From Hormiphora californensis (Eukaryota; Animalia; Ctenophora), in NCBI GenBank assembly GCA_020137815.1, contig CM035355.1:124001-188000 (forward strand): DNA of 64,000 nucleotides, given 5' to 3'. Numbering within the stretch: the stretch's first letter is position 1; each line of letters starts with the position of its first letter. The position numbers were made by a program, and so were the translations under genes. The notes below the pieces were generated by a model that was not told the origin of the DNA, did no database searches, and saw only the letters and a program-made list of their open reading frames with translations. Below are positions 28,295 through 42,375 of the stretch, one piece after another.

Positions 28295-28325
28295 TGGTGT
28301 GTGTGTGTGTGGTGTGTGTGTGTGT

Positions 28326-28380
<55 letters not shown>

Positions 28381-29724
28381 TGTGTGTGTGTGTGGTTGTT
28401 GTGTGTATTTCAACAAGGACACCGACCCAACCTCCTGTAAAGCTGGAAACATCGATCTACAAGCAGCCATCGCATCAAAATTAAAAAACAGATAACTTGT
28501 CACGTTGTTGTCAGTCTGCTGATACCATTCCTGACTACCCTCCTGTTAAAGGTTACTCCAGTCTTCGTAACAACTCGCTCGTCGCTCTGTAAAGGAAGGC
28601 ATATAGCAAAGCTACTTCACAACCACTTCACGCGGATACATTAGTTGAGTGCGTGGTATATTTCTTGTGTAGTATACCGAAACTAATTTGTAAATCTTGT
28701 AAATCTAATCATTGTCATGTTTGTCTCTCTAGGTTTCGTCATGTATGCTGTCCCTCAGTGCGGTAATAAGTTTTGTGTCATGTTGCATTGTATTACCTCA
28801 TTACCTCATTACCTGAGCATGTATTACCTCATCTATCACCATTCAACGAACTCGAACCGCCGCTGCAGTGACCCACCGAGCCAACTTTCCTCCCAGTCCT
28901 CCAACAATCCTCGTCTTCATGAGATCGGAGTTCAACCACCACGAAGAACCAGAGGACGTCCGAGGACCAGAGCAACCCTGAGGACCTTCTTCCTTCAGAT
29001 TTTGGTCAGACAGTGAAACCGAACAGCAGAGATATGGGGATTCAAGCCATCAGATGCAATATCTGCAAACAGCCGGGACATGTCGATAGAATCTGTCCCA
29101 CCCATTCCACTGCATCCTCGACTACTCATCCAGCTCTTAAAGTCGGATTTCTTCAAGTTATCACCCCCCTTTTCGCGCGCGGTGTCGTATTTGCGCGTGA
29201 CAGCCCCCACTTTCTTCACTTCTCGGCAAAAAGCCGCATATTCATCGGAAAGAAAATATTTTGTGAGTCCGTAAAGTTTTGTTTGACGAAATTGGTCAAG
29301 AAATGAAGGCGTGAGAGTCAAAATAAGTTTCCAGCACGCAAATAAAATGTCGCGTGCCACCCAGGGCGGTGACAACTTCAAAAATCCGACTTTACTTCTT
29401 TCCCTGCAGTTGTGTCTAAATTTGTCCAGAATTCTCCATCTTTTTCTACTAGACGCCCTGATTTGGGAGATGACTTCATTGAAATGCTAATGAACGGTGT
29501 CTCTCTTTCTGATGCATTACGCTGGTATGGACTGAAGCGAGAGGAGCTGTCATGATTGCGTATTCACTGCGTATTTGCTGCATATTCACCTGGAACCGCG
29601 GCGTATTCACTGCGTATTACTTGCGTATTCGCCTCGTATTCACTGCGTATTCGGTCTGTGTTATATACTACATAAACGCTGCGTAAACACTGCGTAAACA
29701 CTATCGGAGGATGCGGGTAGAACC
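27178..29724 (+). mobile_element. Duplicate of the MULE-like relic at 41310-43704 (contains MITEs 27208-27674 and 29140-29392)
   Basis: Long TIRs with tacgcagtg subrepeats; RGRP plus CCHC knuckle. Confidence 0.6.
28190..28405 (+). repeat. (GT)n microsatellite
   Basis: Direct; only ~26 bp at the duplicate site 42343-42368. Confidence 0.95.
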
Positions 29725-30210
29725 AAAGACTGAGTATTGGCAGCCAAAGTTGTGCCAATTTTCCTCAAAAATCCCAAACGTAATTGAGAAAATCTTCCCA
29801 AAATTCAAAAATCTATCGGCCAAAAATAGCGTAGCTGAGATTTTTGCGGCAGCCCCCCCCCCCCCTCCTCGTATTATCTTTTCAAAGTACTGTTCTTAAA
29901 AATTGATCTCCAAAATTGTTGTTTTTCAGGACAAAATTGGGTAGTACATATGAAATATTAGGTCGTGCGCGCCAAATGGCGCCAAATGGCGCCAGAAATG
30001 GCGCTATTTGGCGATAGTGCGCACTCGCTACATTTTGGCGCCAAATGGCGCCATTTATTCGCCACGTGGCGCCATTTGGCGTGCACGACCTAATTTTTCA
30101 TACTACCCAAAATTGTCCTGTTTTTCTTCTTAGCTATTCTATGCCCATTGCCCATGGGAATGTTACAAATCTTAATTGAGGTCCTTAACGTAATTTATTT
30201 TATTGCTTAC

Positions 30211-30315
30211 CAAGATGGTCCCACCAAATTCGACTTCGTTCAGAATGATGCTCAAGCTGCCGTATTGCATTCTTAAGACACTTTATTTTTCCTCGATACA
30301 TGTCTTCTCATCTGC
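30211..30315 (-). pseudogene. Duplicate of exon 44196-44301 (1-nt deletion)
   Basis: Same splice sites; 105 vs 106 nt. Confidence 0.6.
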
Positions 30316-30374
30316 CTGTGGAGTGTTTAACGATCACTAGGATTATAGGCAAGTCAAATCGTGTTATGTAAATA

Positions 30375-30810
30375 TCCTTATTATAAAGTACAAATGCGTG
30401 GCGTGGTGAGGAGGAGGATGTAGTATCCCACGTGCAAATGGTGGGGGTTGCCAAGGAGGTGGCTTGGGAGGGGTATTGGAGGTTTTGGGGGGATACTGCA
30501 CGTGCATGTTGTTGATTGTTTCTTGCGTGTTCCTGTGGTGTTCCTGTGGTGGTTTTGGGATCTACTGCTGGGATCGCCATGATTGCCAAACCCTTTCTAC
30601 CTACGTACCCCGTTGATTCTCTACACAGCTATCTATGGATCTTTATCACCTGTTTCTACATGTTATTCAGGGATTTCCCTTGATATTTATCATCAGCGCT
30701 CTACCATACGAACCTCCGTATTCTTTACCCCGACATGGAGAGACGAATAGTAAGAGCTAGAGGGGGGATAGAGACGGGGGGGTGTTGTAATACTACAATG
30801 GGCTTTCTAG
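30375..30810 (+). mobile_element. Non-autonomous Helitron (duplicate of 44361-44799)
   Basis: A|TC...hairpin...CTAG|T. Confidence 0.7.
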
Positions 30811-31404
30811 TTATTATATATTTTTCAATAGTCGCCCAAACAAACTATTACTCTCTAAAGGCAAGCCAATTCAGGTTGAATGTGAATTTATTTGTGAACA
30901 AGAATAATTGTCGTGATGCTAGCTTAAATAATGCGCCAGTGGCGAGAGGTGCCACTGGCACGCTCTCTATAAAAAGCCATCTGGGTCTGCTCTGATCAAA
31001 TCAAATCAACCCCAGGGAAACCTAGGGCAGAATTATTTCAAACCGTGTCAAACCGTGTCACACACACATTGTCATATCGACAGATCTCAATTTCTGGAAT
31101 TGCTGTTCTCTGTGGCACTGATTTTTCTTGTTTTTTCTCTCTCAATTTGATTCTCTCTTTTTCCTATCCCGAAATTCTCTCTCTTCTCTCTTTCAAATCA
31201 GACTCTTGCCGCGTCACTTTCGAGCCTGATGTGTCAAACGGAGCGGTCATCCTTTAATCACCAATCGGAGGTTTCGTTTCTGTGCGAGGTAACTGATTTC
31301 TCTCTCTTCCATCAGTGCGCTCCCGATACAAACCAAATCAAGGAGCCAGCCCTAAGACACAACCTCAAGCTAGGGACAAAGTGCAGCTCCCTAGTTGTGA
31401 GTAG

Positions 31405-34400
31405 TAATAATAATAATAATAATAATATTCCGCACTTATATACCGCCCATACCCGACGGAAACATGTCAAAAATATGGCGATGTTCCGACGAGTCATCAG
31501 AGCGGTATATCTAGAGTATAAATATCGCACACGAACAACTCTGGTTGAAAAAGACAATATATGGAAAACCAAATTAACTGGACTTATCAAAACTGGGGGA
31601 ATAACTGGTCCCATAAACCTGTAGATATAATTTTAAACACGCTAACTCACACCTGCTCAAAAAAGGATACCAGATAGTGATTTAATAACATGACTAGAGA
31701 GAGGATGACACTGATTGCCCGCAGGCCCCACAACTACAACAAAAAATTACAACTCAGCCATGGGTTCCCCATCACCCACTCCAAATGCCACAACGAAGAG
31801 ATGTGTTTTCAGGCGAGCTTTAAAGGTATCAACGTTGGGGATCGTCCTTAACTCGAGGGGTAGCTCATTCCAAATAGTAGGCAGAAATACCGATAGTCTC
31901 CTACGTCTCAATTTAGAATTGGCATTGATACTGGTCATCTTGGGGTGTTTTAATCTGTAAGGATCAATAACATTAGTCATCCTTGTTGTCCTGGAGACTC
32001 CCCAGCTTTCATCAAGAGGTACCATTTCCTGGAGGTAACCTGGGGCTGTTCCATAGAATATCTTATAAGCGATTAGACAGGCTTTGAAGTCCAGTTGTAG
32101 GAGAGGGTACAATATGACACTGCCTGAAGTATTCCAAGTAACCTCTTGATGCCCATGGATGTTGAATATAAAGCGGACACAGGAGTTTAGTGTTTTCTGG
32201 AGCCCACCAAGAACTCGGGCCGGAAGTCCACAGTACAGAATATTACTGTAATCAATCCTCGATATAATCAATTGTTTGACCAGCATTATCTTCGTTTGAA
32301 TAAAAACATCTGTGTAACTGCCAGAGATTCCGTAGTATCAGCCCACACTGTTTCCTCACATTATTCTCTTCACCTTCGCCAGACACTCCTCAATATAAAC
32401 TTTGTCCTAGACCAGCCAGTAGAATCCGTAGGAACCAGACTCACATAGAGCTGGGAGTCGTCTGCATATAACTTTATCCGGAGTCCATATGGTTCCACAA
32501 TATCTTGCACAGCTTCAATGTAAAGTAGAAACAAAATTGGACCAAGAAGGGACCCCTGGGGCACTCCACAGAGTAAGGCTAGGGTATCGAGAAAAATCAC
32601 CAACTGAGACTCTAAAAGATCTGGAACTCAAGTAGCTCTTAAAACATTGAAGAGGATCACCATCCACTCCAAACCGTTTCTGCAACACCTCCAACAACTT
32701 TTCATGATCCACCGTATCAAATGCGGCACTCATGTCCAAACAGATCAGAGCCACGACATTTTCTTTATCCATCTCACCTAATACATCGTCAAACATGCTG
32801 GCTAACAGAGTTTCGCAACTGTGACCAGCACGATAACCGATTGATGCTTGCCCAGAAGTGAATTGCTTTCAAGGTACTCATTCAGCTGCATGAGCACCAC
32901 CTTTTCTAGGAGCTTAGAAAGGAATGGGATATTTGAGACAGGACGATAGTACTGAGAGCTTCCCTATCTCCGTACATATTCTTGGGTAGGAAACACGATA
33001 GCCTTCTGGAGAGATTCCGCAACTGTAGACTGATGTAGAGATTGGTTTACCTCGATGTTAATACCGGAGCAAGATCCCTAATGCACTCCTTTACTACCAA
33101 GTGGGCAACGGATCAAGGTCACAATGTTTGCTTGACATAGACTTCACCCCCTTAACAAGTTCCTCCTCCGATATCTCTTGAATTCTTCCACGTTGAATGA
33201 CAGGCTTTTCCGGGTTCCTCAAAGTCGCCAGCTTGCTTCTGCCCCTCATTGACTTGGGTTCGAATTTTTTCCACTTTGGAACTAAAGAACTGGGAGAAAT
33301 CATCTGCCAAGTTCTTGGTGTTTGTTGTTTCAGGAAGAATTGTTTCAGCTTTTCCAAGAAGTTTCTGGAGCTTACTTTGCAATTTCTTTGGGTACCTTTG
33401 GCAGCAACCAAGTCTCTTTATGAAAAGTGACCTCTTTTCCCATCATCTTTCCATACAGTTTCTTCAGGTCATTAAATCTCCGTTTCGCATCCACAGTTCC
33501 GAGTTTCCGCCAACACCGTTCTGCATTCCTCCTCTCTCGAAGTAATCCTCTAAGTTCCTCATCCCTCCATGGCTTAAACTTTTTCCCAATCCTCACCCGC
33601 TTCCTCGGTACTCGCCTCTCCACTATACCTTCCAGCCAACGATAGAAATTCACCACGCCCTCCTCTGGATCCCTACCTCCTTCAAAATCAGCCTTCCGCA
33701 AATCCTCCCTAAATCCTTCCAAATCCACTGACTTGTAATCCATGTACTCTCGATATACGACTTCTTCAGACAGGAGTTCGACAGGTCAGGTCTCACTTCA
33801 ATCCCCAACTGTACTAGGAAGTGATCTGATGTAGTACCATTAGGAAAATGGATATGTCACCTAGAGAAGTTTCTCTTGTAGTTATCACCAGTCCAAGGTT
33901 CCTCCAAGCCGGTGAGTAGGTAACAGTGGCACTCTTTGTTGAAGATCAAATGAATCCAGCAGCTCCAAAAGTTTCCTCGCATAGAAGTTATTAGCATCCT
34001 GCACCTGGAAGTTCAAGTCACCGAGCGATGATCGGAGTACCTTGCTTCATAACAAGCTCGGATAGGTAATCACCAAACTGATAGGAAGGTTGCTTCTGTA
34101 AGTCTTGACTTCGGTGTGTACGGAGGTCGGTAGACATTACAGATTCTCTTCGGTTGATCTCTGTCACTGATCAGGACCTCTTGAACTTGAAAAGACTTAT
34201 ACTTAGTCTTCACCGGACACTGTCGAAGAACTATGCCATCTCTAAAAAGGATTCCAATTCCTCCACCTCTCTGTCTCCTCTGGGGCACGAGAAAATATCC
34301 CATCCATTATCTCTGATTTCTTGAAGTTTTCCGGTGTCTGTTGATTTCAAAAATGTTTCCTGTATAAGACAAATATCACAATCCTCCTCTTCCAGATGCG

Positions 34401-35849
34401 AAATAACTCCTCCAGTTTGTTAATGAGAGAGCGGACATTTAGTGCTCCAATCTTCCAAGTCTTTTCCTGTGTAGTTCCTCCTTTGTCTCGTCCAGTACAG
34501 GTTTTTTTTCTTCTTGCTTACACCTGACGTCCTCTCCATAAGCCGTGCTCGTTCATTGATTGTACGAGGGACACCACATAGAAGCGTATGGGTCCTCGCA
34601 TACTTCTTGTCCTCTCTTGATCCTCCAACCGCACAGTTCACACACTTCATCTTACCAGTCTCATTGTTTTTCTTTGCCCTACAGTCCTTTGTCTGGTGTG
34701 TTCCAGCACAAAAGCAGCACACAGGGTTTTCCTTCTGAGGACAGTAGATCGAGCCTGCTATATGTCCGTATCCTTGACAGTGATAGCATTGAATCACATG
34801 ATACCGTTCTTGACAATGTTGTCGAAGACCTAGGTTGAGTTTATCACCGTTGTTAGACAAAAGCCTCCGGATCTCTGGAGCCATCTGGATCACTGCATAC
34901 CTGTCTCTCTCGCTCACAAACACTACTTTCAACTTCTTATCCTCATGATAAAGCTTTCTGATATCCTCATTTTTGTTCAAAATTGCTGCCAGGATAGTCT
35001 CCTTTTCCAGTAGTTCAGGGTTTCAAATCATTAATCGTCACTTTGGTTCAAGTTTCTTGGCCTCCTCTGAGAAGAATGACATGGAGCAGTCCTGTGCAAG
35101 AGGAGTCAACACTTTCTCCGCTTCCTTCATCTGGTCCTCATTAGGGAAATACAGTCGAGTATGGTCACTGTTCACTCTGGATCTCACCCACGGTACGTCT
35201 CAACGCAGTTTCCACTTTGGGTTTGACCTCATCAGTCCATTCTTCGCACAGAATCCTAACCCTCCTTCCTCATTGATGCCAGTTTTAATATTCACATAGT
35301 GTTTCATCGTAGGTGTAACCGGTTCTCTGGATCACCACCACCACCAATGTCACTTCTACCATTCTCCACAGGCTTGACCAAAGCAGAGATAGTCGAAACC
35401 AGATCTTTGTGCAGCTTTGCAAACGACTCCTTCAGGTCAGTTGGTCTCCAGGAACAGAAAACGGTGCCGACGCCGGAAGCATACTGTAGCAGGCTTTGAG
35501 AAGATGCCACAACTGAGGTTTATGGACAGACGACGGACAAACAGTTCACCCCTCTCAAGGCACACTAACAAATCAATACCCTTATAATCATTGCTAAATA
35601 CTTCTCCTGATAACACGTCTTCAAAATCACTCTTAGTGATACATATGTCATAATTACTCGTAACGGTCATCCTAAAACACCGTTGCACGCCGGCCAACAA
35701 AAAACTCTTCACTGATATCACTCGAAGTTAAGTTAAAGTAGGCCTAACAGAGATCTAAAAGATTAGAGAATAGATGCTAACACAGTTATCGGAACGATGA
35801 CGGCAAACTCAAATTAATTTGTTTAAAGTAGTGTTGAAAAGTTTGAAAC
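31405..35849 (-). mobile_element. L2/CR1-group LINE, frameshift-riddled twin of 45384-49882
   Basis: Fragmented ORFs with LDMSAAFDTVDH, GVPQGSLLGP, YADD and CCHC knuckles; (ATT)n tail; SL at 35808-35849. Confidence 0.9.
35808..35849 (-). other. Spliced-leader exon sequence at the LINE 5' end (twin copy)
   Basis: GTTTCAAACTTTTCAACACTACTTTAAACAAATTAATTTGAG, identical to 49841-49882. Confidence 0.75.
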
Positions 35850-36342
35850 AAAGACAACTTGTATATCACTACATTTTGATGCCAGCCCTGTTGACCCAAG
35901 CTTCCTGCCAGCTCTTTGACAGGCCCAGAACTAATGCATGTGTAGTTATACTGCCAAGGGGAGCCTACCAACACAACCCAGGATAAACTAGTCATACACT
36001 GAGATTGTAAAGTTTTACACATAAAATACATCTGAAACCAAATAATATTCCACCGCCTGACAACTGACAGGGTAACACGTTGAAATTTTGATCGTACAAT
36101 AGAAGAGAGATTGCATTTTCCAACTTTTATCTCCAAGTGGCTCATGTTTCTGAACCACCCTGTACTAGGGGTTGCTAAGTCGAATGAATCGCAATGAATC
36201 ATTTTACCTGTTATTCATTGGGTAATTATCTACTGATATCTGGAGTTTCAGCCCAAACGGTTGAGCCACTAAAAATCGCAAGCCACCCTGCTCTCGCATG
36301 GGGCCTCACGGCCCCATGTGGGAGTGGTGCGTGTAGTGGACC

Positions 36343-36373
<31 letters not shown>

Positions 36374-37305
36374 GGATAGAAAGAACAGGAATGAGTTACC
36401 CTCGAAAAATAAGAGATTGAGATACCGAGGGATAGAGATACCCGGCAGTAGCAAAAGGTGTAAGTGGGTCACCTTTCCCGCCAAGTAATTTCAATTAGTT
36501 TTTGGTGTCCCATATATTCTGTGGGTCGGTTGGCGAGCTGTCACGCAAAAACGGTGATAGTTGTGTGAAAACAAACTACGGGAGTGTGCTGGATTAATTC
36601 CTTCCTAACTGATGGCTTTGTTTTTAAATTAAATTTCAAAAGTGTCATTTTCATGAATGAACATTCTGTCATTCATTCGTGAATTCTGAAATATTGTTTA
36701 CCTTGAGTAAAAAACTTTTCTTGGCTCGAAATTATTTTTTCAGTGAGCACCATAAAAATCAAATTGAAGCACCGGATCCATGGCAGGTGAGAAAATGCAA
36801 ATGCATGATTTTGGCCATTCCTGCGACTTTCGATCAGCTGTATCACCGCTACTTTTCGTTCAATCCTTTTAAAAGTTTGGGTGAACATTGCTGAAGATAA
36901 GATGCTCACAAGAAAAATCAAGGTCAAAACTCAAAGTTAATTTTTTATTTTGGTAGTTCATTCCACTCTTCAGGAACAAACATCCCTAAAGTGACGAAAA
37001 GGTTTGGGTTTTGTTTGGCCCATGTCCTGAAACGACAGAGAGGTGTAAAAACGTGTTTCGGGCTAGTTAGTGGGTGTCCATGTGATCATTATGATATCTG
37101 ACACCTTTGCTGAGCCATAATTAAGAGATTTTCTCAAATTCAAACATGGGTACGGATATTCTGCGATTGGTATCGTGCACCAATAACAAGAGATCCATAG
37201 CACCTCAAAATAATGATTAGCAATAAATGAGTTGATTTACGATTGAAAATGTAAAGTCGGACTAAACGAACATTTTCAAGCGTGAATCAACTCATTTCAT
37301 TTAGC

Positions 37306-37826
37306 TAGGGTTAAAGGGGTAAAATGGCACACTTTCTAACGTTTTAGGTTCTAAAATACTCAATTTATACAGCAAGAAAAAAAAATTATATAGGCTATCC
37401 ATGAAACGTTTTCCTTTCAGACGAGCTAAATTTTAAAATCTGAAAGTTTTTATTTAATAGCTTAATTAATCAATTCAAAAAGTTTGGTAGGGTTCTTTTG
37501 GAAATTTTGCACTGGGGTAAAATGGTCAGCCAATAGCATTGCTCGATTTTTATCACGTGCCTGGTGTTGTTAGAGCACTGGGGTAAAATGGTCCATGTTA
37601 TCTTCAGTAATTTCTGTTTGCTGGACCATTTTACCCCAGTGTGTCGGACCATTTTACCCCAGTTGGTATCACGTGGTATTGGAGGCTCGATTTCATTGGT
37701 CCCAGGGTGAACCATTTTACCCAGCGAGGGTGAACATTTTACCCCAGTTTGACTAATTTGACAATTTAATCAACTTAATAGTGGGTTTTTTGAAAAATTT
37801 TTATACCAGTTTTAGAAGGATAAAAC
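37306..37826. repeat. TIR-element fragment with ccattttacccc subrepeats
   Basis: ggggtaaaatgg / ccattttacccc repeated in both orientations. Confidence 0.5.
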
Positions 37827-39315
37827 CTGCAGCTGCCAAATGAGCCACATGAGCCGTTTCTACCACCCGTCCAAAGCTATTTCAAAAGCTATTTCAAAAG
37901 CTATTTCAAAAGCTATTTCAAAAGCTATTTCAAAACTAAAATTTTTATAAAAAAATTTTAAACCTATTTCAAAACTAGTTTCAAAACTAGTTTGAACTTC
38001 GAATTACAAGTGATTTACAGGTTATTATGCATTTTTGTAATTGTTCTAGGGTGAGCCATTTCTCCCACCACAATCGACTTTTCACGTTTTGGCTCACCGG
38101 AGATATGATTTCCGAAGGAAACTTACGCGGTTATGATCATAAATGATCATATCTCCGGTTCCTGATGAGCTACAGAAATCGTTTGCATACTGTTGGAAAG
38201 GGAATTTCAAGCCCCATCGAATGGCGAAGGTTTGAAGTCTTTATCTTATCAGGAAAAGGAGTTATGAGCCAAAACGTGAAAAGTCGATGTTGAAAAACTT
38301 TTTCTTGCGTGTTTTTTGAAAAACGAAATCGGTGTGGCCCGCATTCTTTTGCGCGTACCACGCTAGTGTCTCCCACTATTAATTGTTTCAGAGTCATGAT
38401 TTGTTATGACTGGGGATATTTTTCATGCTGGGGGCTGTGCCCCCAGACCCCCCTAAGGCCACGGGGCCCCGCGGGGCACTTGCCAGTACAGTGATAGACG
38501 CTTCACTGTGTAAAATTTGTAGCCCGAACCATACTAGCTAGAGACTTGAACCAAGTTTTATCCGTTAGGAAATCGTTCGGGGCATGCATTAAAAAAAGGT
38601 TTCGAGTCAAATGTTCATTATGACGACCGTAGTGGCGTCACAAAGTGATGTCATTGAAAAATCTCAGACCAAATATTTTCAAACGCCTATAACACCCTCA
38701 AGGCGTATTCTGATTCCAGATTTGACGGAAAATCGTTAGTGGCAAATTGTCTGAACTTTCAGATACAATATAGCGAATTTCTCTAACTTGTCATTTTTAG
38801 ACCTTAAAACGCGTCGAACTCAAAAATTTGATGTGAAAATCCACATAAAAACATTTCGTGCAATAACTTTGCCTTGTTCGACCCTCCCTCCCCGTTTGAA
38901 CAAAACAAACTTGGGGTTCGAACTCGTGACCTCTTGGGTGCAAAATCGAAAAATTTTAGTATGTACTTTGACCAAAAACAGACTCAGTTTAAACTTCTAT
39001 TTTCGACTATAAAAGGTTTATAACGATTTCGTATCACACGTTTGCGCTTGATAATCGAGATAGAGTTCCTGGCAATCTTAAGACTTGAACCCGGAGGCCG
39101 GAAGCGTTGGAAAGATAATTTCAAGACCTTTCCAACGGAACCAAAGTCAAATCTTTATCTAATCAGGAAACGGAGATATGAGCGAAAAGGTTTCTCGAAT
39201 TGCCACATGCAAATACAATGCCACACGAGTTCTTTGAATGCGTGGCGGCCTGTCGCTTAAATTAAAAATTCAACTTTATTGATTAATAAAACTTAAAAGT
39301 TTCAATAAATATGTA

Positions 39316-40161
39316 CAGTCGGACCCCAATTTAGTGGCCCCCGATTTAGTGGCACCCCGATTTAGTGGCACGATTTTTTTCCCCCAAAATTTTTTTTGTG
39401 AAATTTTTTGAAAATTTTTCAAAGGAATACCAGCCACGTCCAAATCGTGTTTCGAATCAGTGAATCTTATCGCATATCCTGCTGCTAATTAGACGGTTCG
39501 CAACGAACCGATACGTGATCCCCTGGGGGCCATTGAATCACAAGTTCACCAAGAGTCAAAATTTCGATTCGATGGGGATCACGTTCCGATTCGTTCCGAA
39601 CCATCTAATTAGCAGCAGGACATGCGATAAGATTCACCGATTCGAAACACGATTCGGACATGGTATACTTTTTAAAAAAATTTAAAACCTTTTTTGCAAA
39701 ATTTTACAGTACGATTGTCAATGCTTTGATCGGTGCTCCTCAAAAATTTTGAGAGAAAAAGTTATTTTGAAATTTTGATACTTCCTCACCCGCTTAGGGT
39801 GCCCCGATTCGGCATGGTATCACGTATCGGTTCGTTTCGAACCTGCTAATTAGACAGGACATCCAGTAAGCTGCACCGATTCGAAACACAAATCGGACGG
39901 GCTGGTATAATATAAGAAAATTTTCACAATTTTTTTTGAAAAAATTATTTTAAAGTTTTCTATTTCTAATCAGAAATTATCATGTCATCAATACATGAAC
40001 ATTGTATATAACAGTTAGAGGTGTTTTTAGTCGTGGTATAGCATTTTGGGCATAAAATAGGTTTTTATGGGCCAAATATGGATCTCCCCGATTTAGTGGC
40101 ACCCCGATTTAGTGGCAGGATTTTTTTCCCCCGAGGATGCCACTAAATCGGGGTCCGACTG
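39316..40161. mobile_element. Pogo/Tigger-like MITE, TA TSD
   Basis: ta|cagtcggacccc ... ggggtccgactg|ta; empty TA site at 26032-26033. Confidence 0.9.
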
Positions 40162-40566
40162 TAATAACAAAAATTTTAATAAAAAAAATTAAGTAATTTT
40201 TGAGGATTAATGATGATTTTTAAGGATTAATGAGGGCCCTCATTAATTCAAAAAGTGCTGGACAAGATATCATCCTCATTAATTATTGCCCCCCCCCCCC
40301 CATCGCACTTCATCACTCAATATTCAAGTATTTATTAGGAAGTAATTTTGATATCTCGTCTCCTTCTGCCGGGACTGTCTGGCGGCGCTGACCCGATCTA
40401 AGCACACTGACGCACGCTTAGAGAATCAAAACGGGTCGTTGGGGTCTGGCGGCGCCTGGGGTTGAGAGGATTCAACAGGCAGTGAGAGGACTCAAAAGGG
40501 GGTGTGAAAGTCAATAGCGGCGAAAGGAGTCAAGCGCAATAGGGATTGGTTCTAACTACTACTTAC

Positions 40567-40953
40567 CGCAAACTTTGGACCTTTTACATTGTAGCTCGGT
40601 GATGTCAGAAATTGTGCTGTAATCGTTGATCAACATTGACATTAAATCCATCGATTCTATGGATATCGTATCCTGTTCGGAGTCAGTCTCAGTACTATCA
40701 ATATCATAACAACGCCATGATTCTGGATCCGCACATTTCATGTTATTTTGATTAGCAACAAGTGACGTTGATGTCACTGATTCCACAGACTCGTATAAAG
40801 CAGAATTTTTTTCCTTGTCCAAGTAGCAACTGTTTGTAGCAATCTCAACTGATTTCTCATGAGAGGTAGAAGGTGCCCGTAAACGTATAGAGAAGGAAAA
40901 TACAACCTCGTCATCAACAAGCTGCAGATGTTCCTCAACGGCCTCCCATTCGC
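40567..40953 (-). CDS. Internal exon (387 nt, phase 1-1), acidic Ser-rich
   Basis: atttacattttag| acceptor, G|gtaagt donor, open reading frame throughout. Confidence 0.75.
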
Positions 40954-41338
40954 CTAAAATGTAAATATTTATAGATTAGTTTAGAGCAAAAACTAATTGA
41001 AGTTAGTTCAATGGAAAGGTAGCCCATTTTGTTTTTACTCCTTCATTTCCGTCACCTTGAGTTGAAGGTGGAAAAGTATACGGATACCTCAATGTCTATT
41101 GGTTGTGTGGGTGAACATTGTACTATAAGCAAAGATCTCTGCTCACAAGAAAAGTCAAGGTCAAAACTGTTTTTCTTTTTTGGTGGTTCATTCCACTCGA
41201 TTCATGAACCAAAATCCCAAAAGTGATGAAAAGGTTTGGCTTTTCTGGCCCACGCCCTGCAATGACAGAGAGTTGTTGTAGCGTGTTTCCGGGCTAATTT
41301 GTGTAAATGGGATCAACCTGCATCCTCAATATCCTTAA

Positions 41339-41807
41339 AGTGAGAGTGGACCGAATCAGAATTGGACAAGTTTGGTGTAGGTGGTAGAGATTAGCTTTCT
41401 GAGCATTTTGCGTTTTTGCCGCTCAAAATCGACCCACCCATCACTGAGATATCTTTGTTATGTTGGGAGAATTTCTGCTGGATCAATATTTATGAAACAG
41501 GATAGAAATAATCCTTGTGTTTTACTAACACATTCTTTAAATTTTCAATATGCTAACTTGCATTGTTCTGCATCTGTGCATGAACATGTCAACCTCACTG
41601 CTTATATTCAGAATGTGTTAGGAAAACATGACGATTGTTTCTATTCTGTTTTTTACATACTGATTAAACAGGAGTTCTCCCAACATAACAAAAATATCTC
41701 AGTGATGGGTGGGTCGATTTTAAGCGGCAAAACCGCGTTATGCTCAGAGAGCTAATCTGTACTACCTACAACAAACTTGTCCAATTCTGATTCGGTCCAC
41801 TCTCACT
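41339..41807. mobile_element. Kolobok-like MITE, TTAA TSD
   Basis: Same family as 4055-4523, opposite orientation. Confidence 0.8.
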
Positions 41808-42343
41808 TTAAATCGATAGTGTTTACGCAGTGTTTACGCAGTGTTTACGCAGTGAATACAGAAAGAATATGCAGTGAATACGCCGTGGTTCCAGAGTGAA
41901 TACGCAGCGAATACGCAATTATTGTGGATATCCTACCAGAACTGGTTACGCAGTGTTTAAAGGGCCTAAAAACCCAAACTTTTATTTAATTATTTTGAAC
42001 ACTACAGCGTAACAAGCATGTTATTGGAGTCCCAAAAAACATAGGTACACGCCCCACCCGCCCAATGTGAGGCCAGGGGGAGCCCCTTAAGTTGGGGCCA
42101 GTCGGGGTTCCCTTGTAAACGCGCTTGTACTCCTTGAAATGCTAACAATATGATCCTCACTGAAATTTGAAGTTTTGGGTGCAGTTGATCCGAAGATCAC
42201 GAATTCAATTAATATGTCGTGATTACTGTTTAATAGCTCAACTGGTCATTCCGAAAAATCAGATACAAACCGCACTGTATATGAGTTGGATCGCTTGGTT
42301 ACTTCCTTCGTTAAACAAGCACACATTACAGTGTGAGAGAATA

Positions 42344-42375
<32 letters not shown>

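Larger units (their letters stand above)
25597..37305 (+). repeat. Indel-rich duplicate of 38909-52100
   Basis: Colinear; same exons, MITEs and LINE, with frameshifting single-base deletions. Confidence 0.9.

Noticed and set aside
28035-28503. CV/HT-repeat ORFs
   Set aside because: Translations of a (GT)n microsatellite
28995-29381. 128 aa minus-strand ORF
   Set aside because: Antisense to the knuckle ORF and spans a MITE; broken in the better-quality copy
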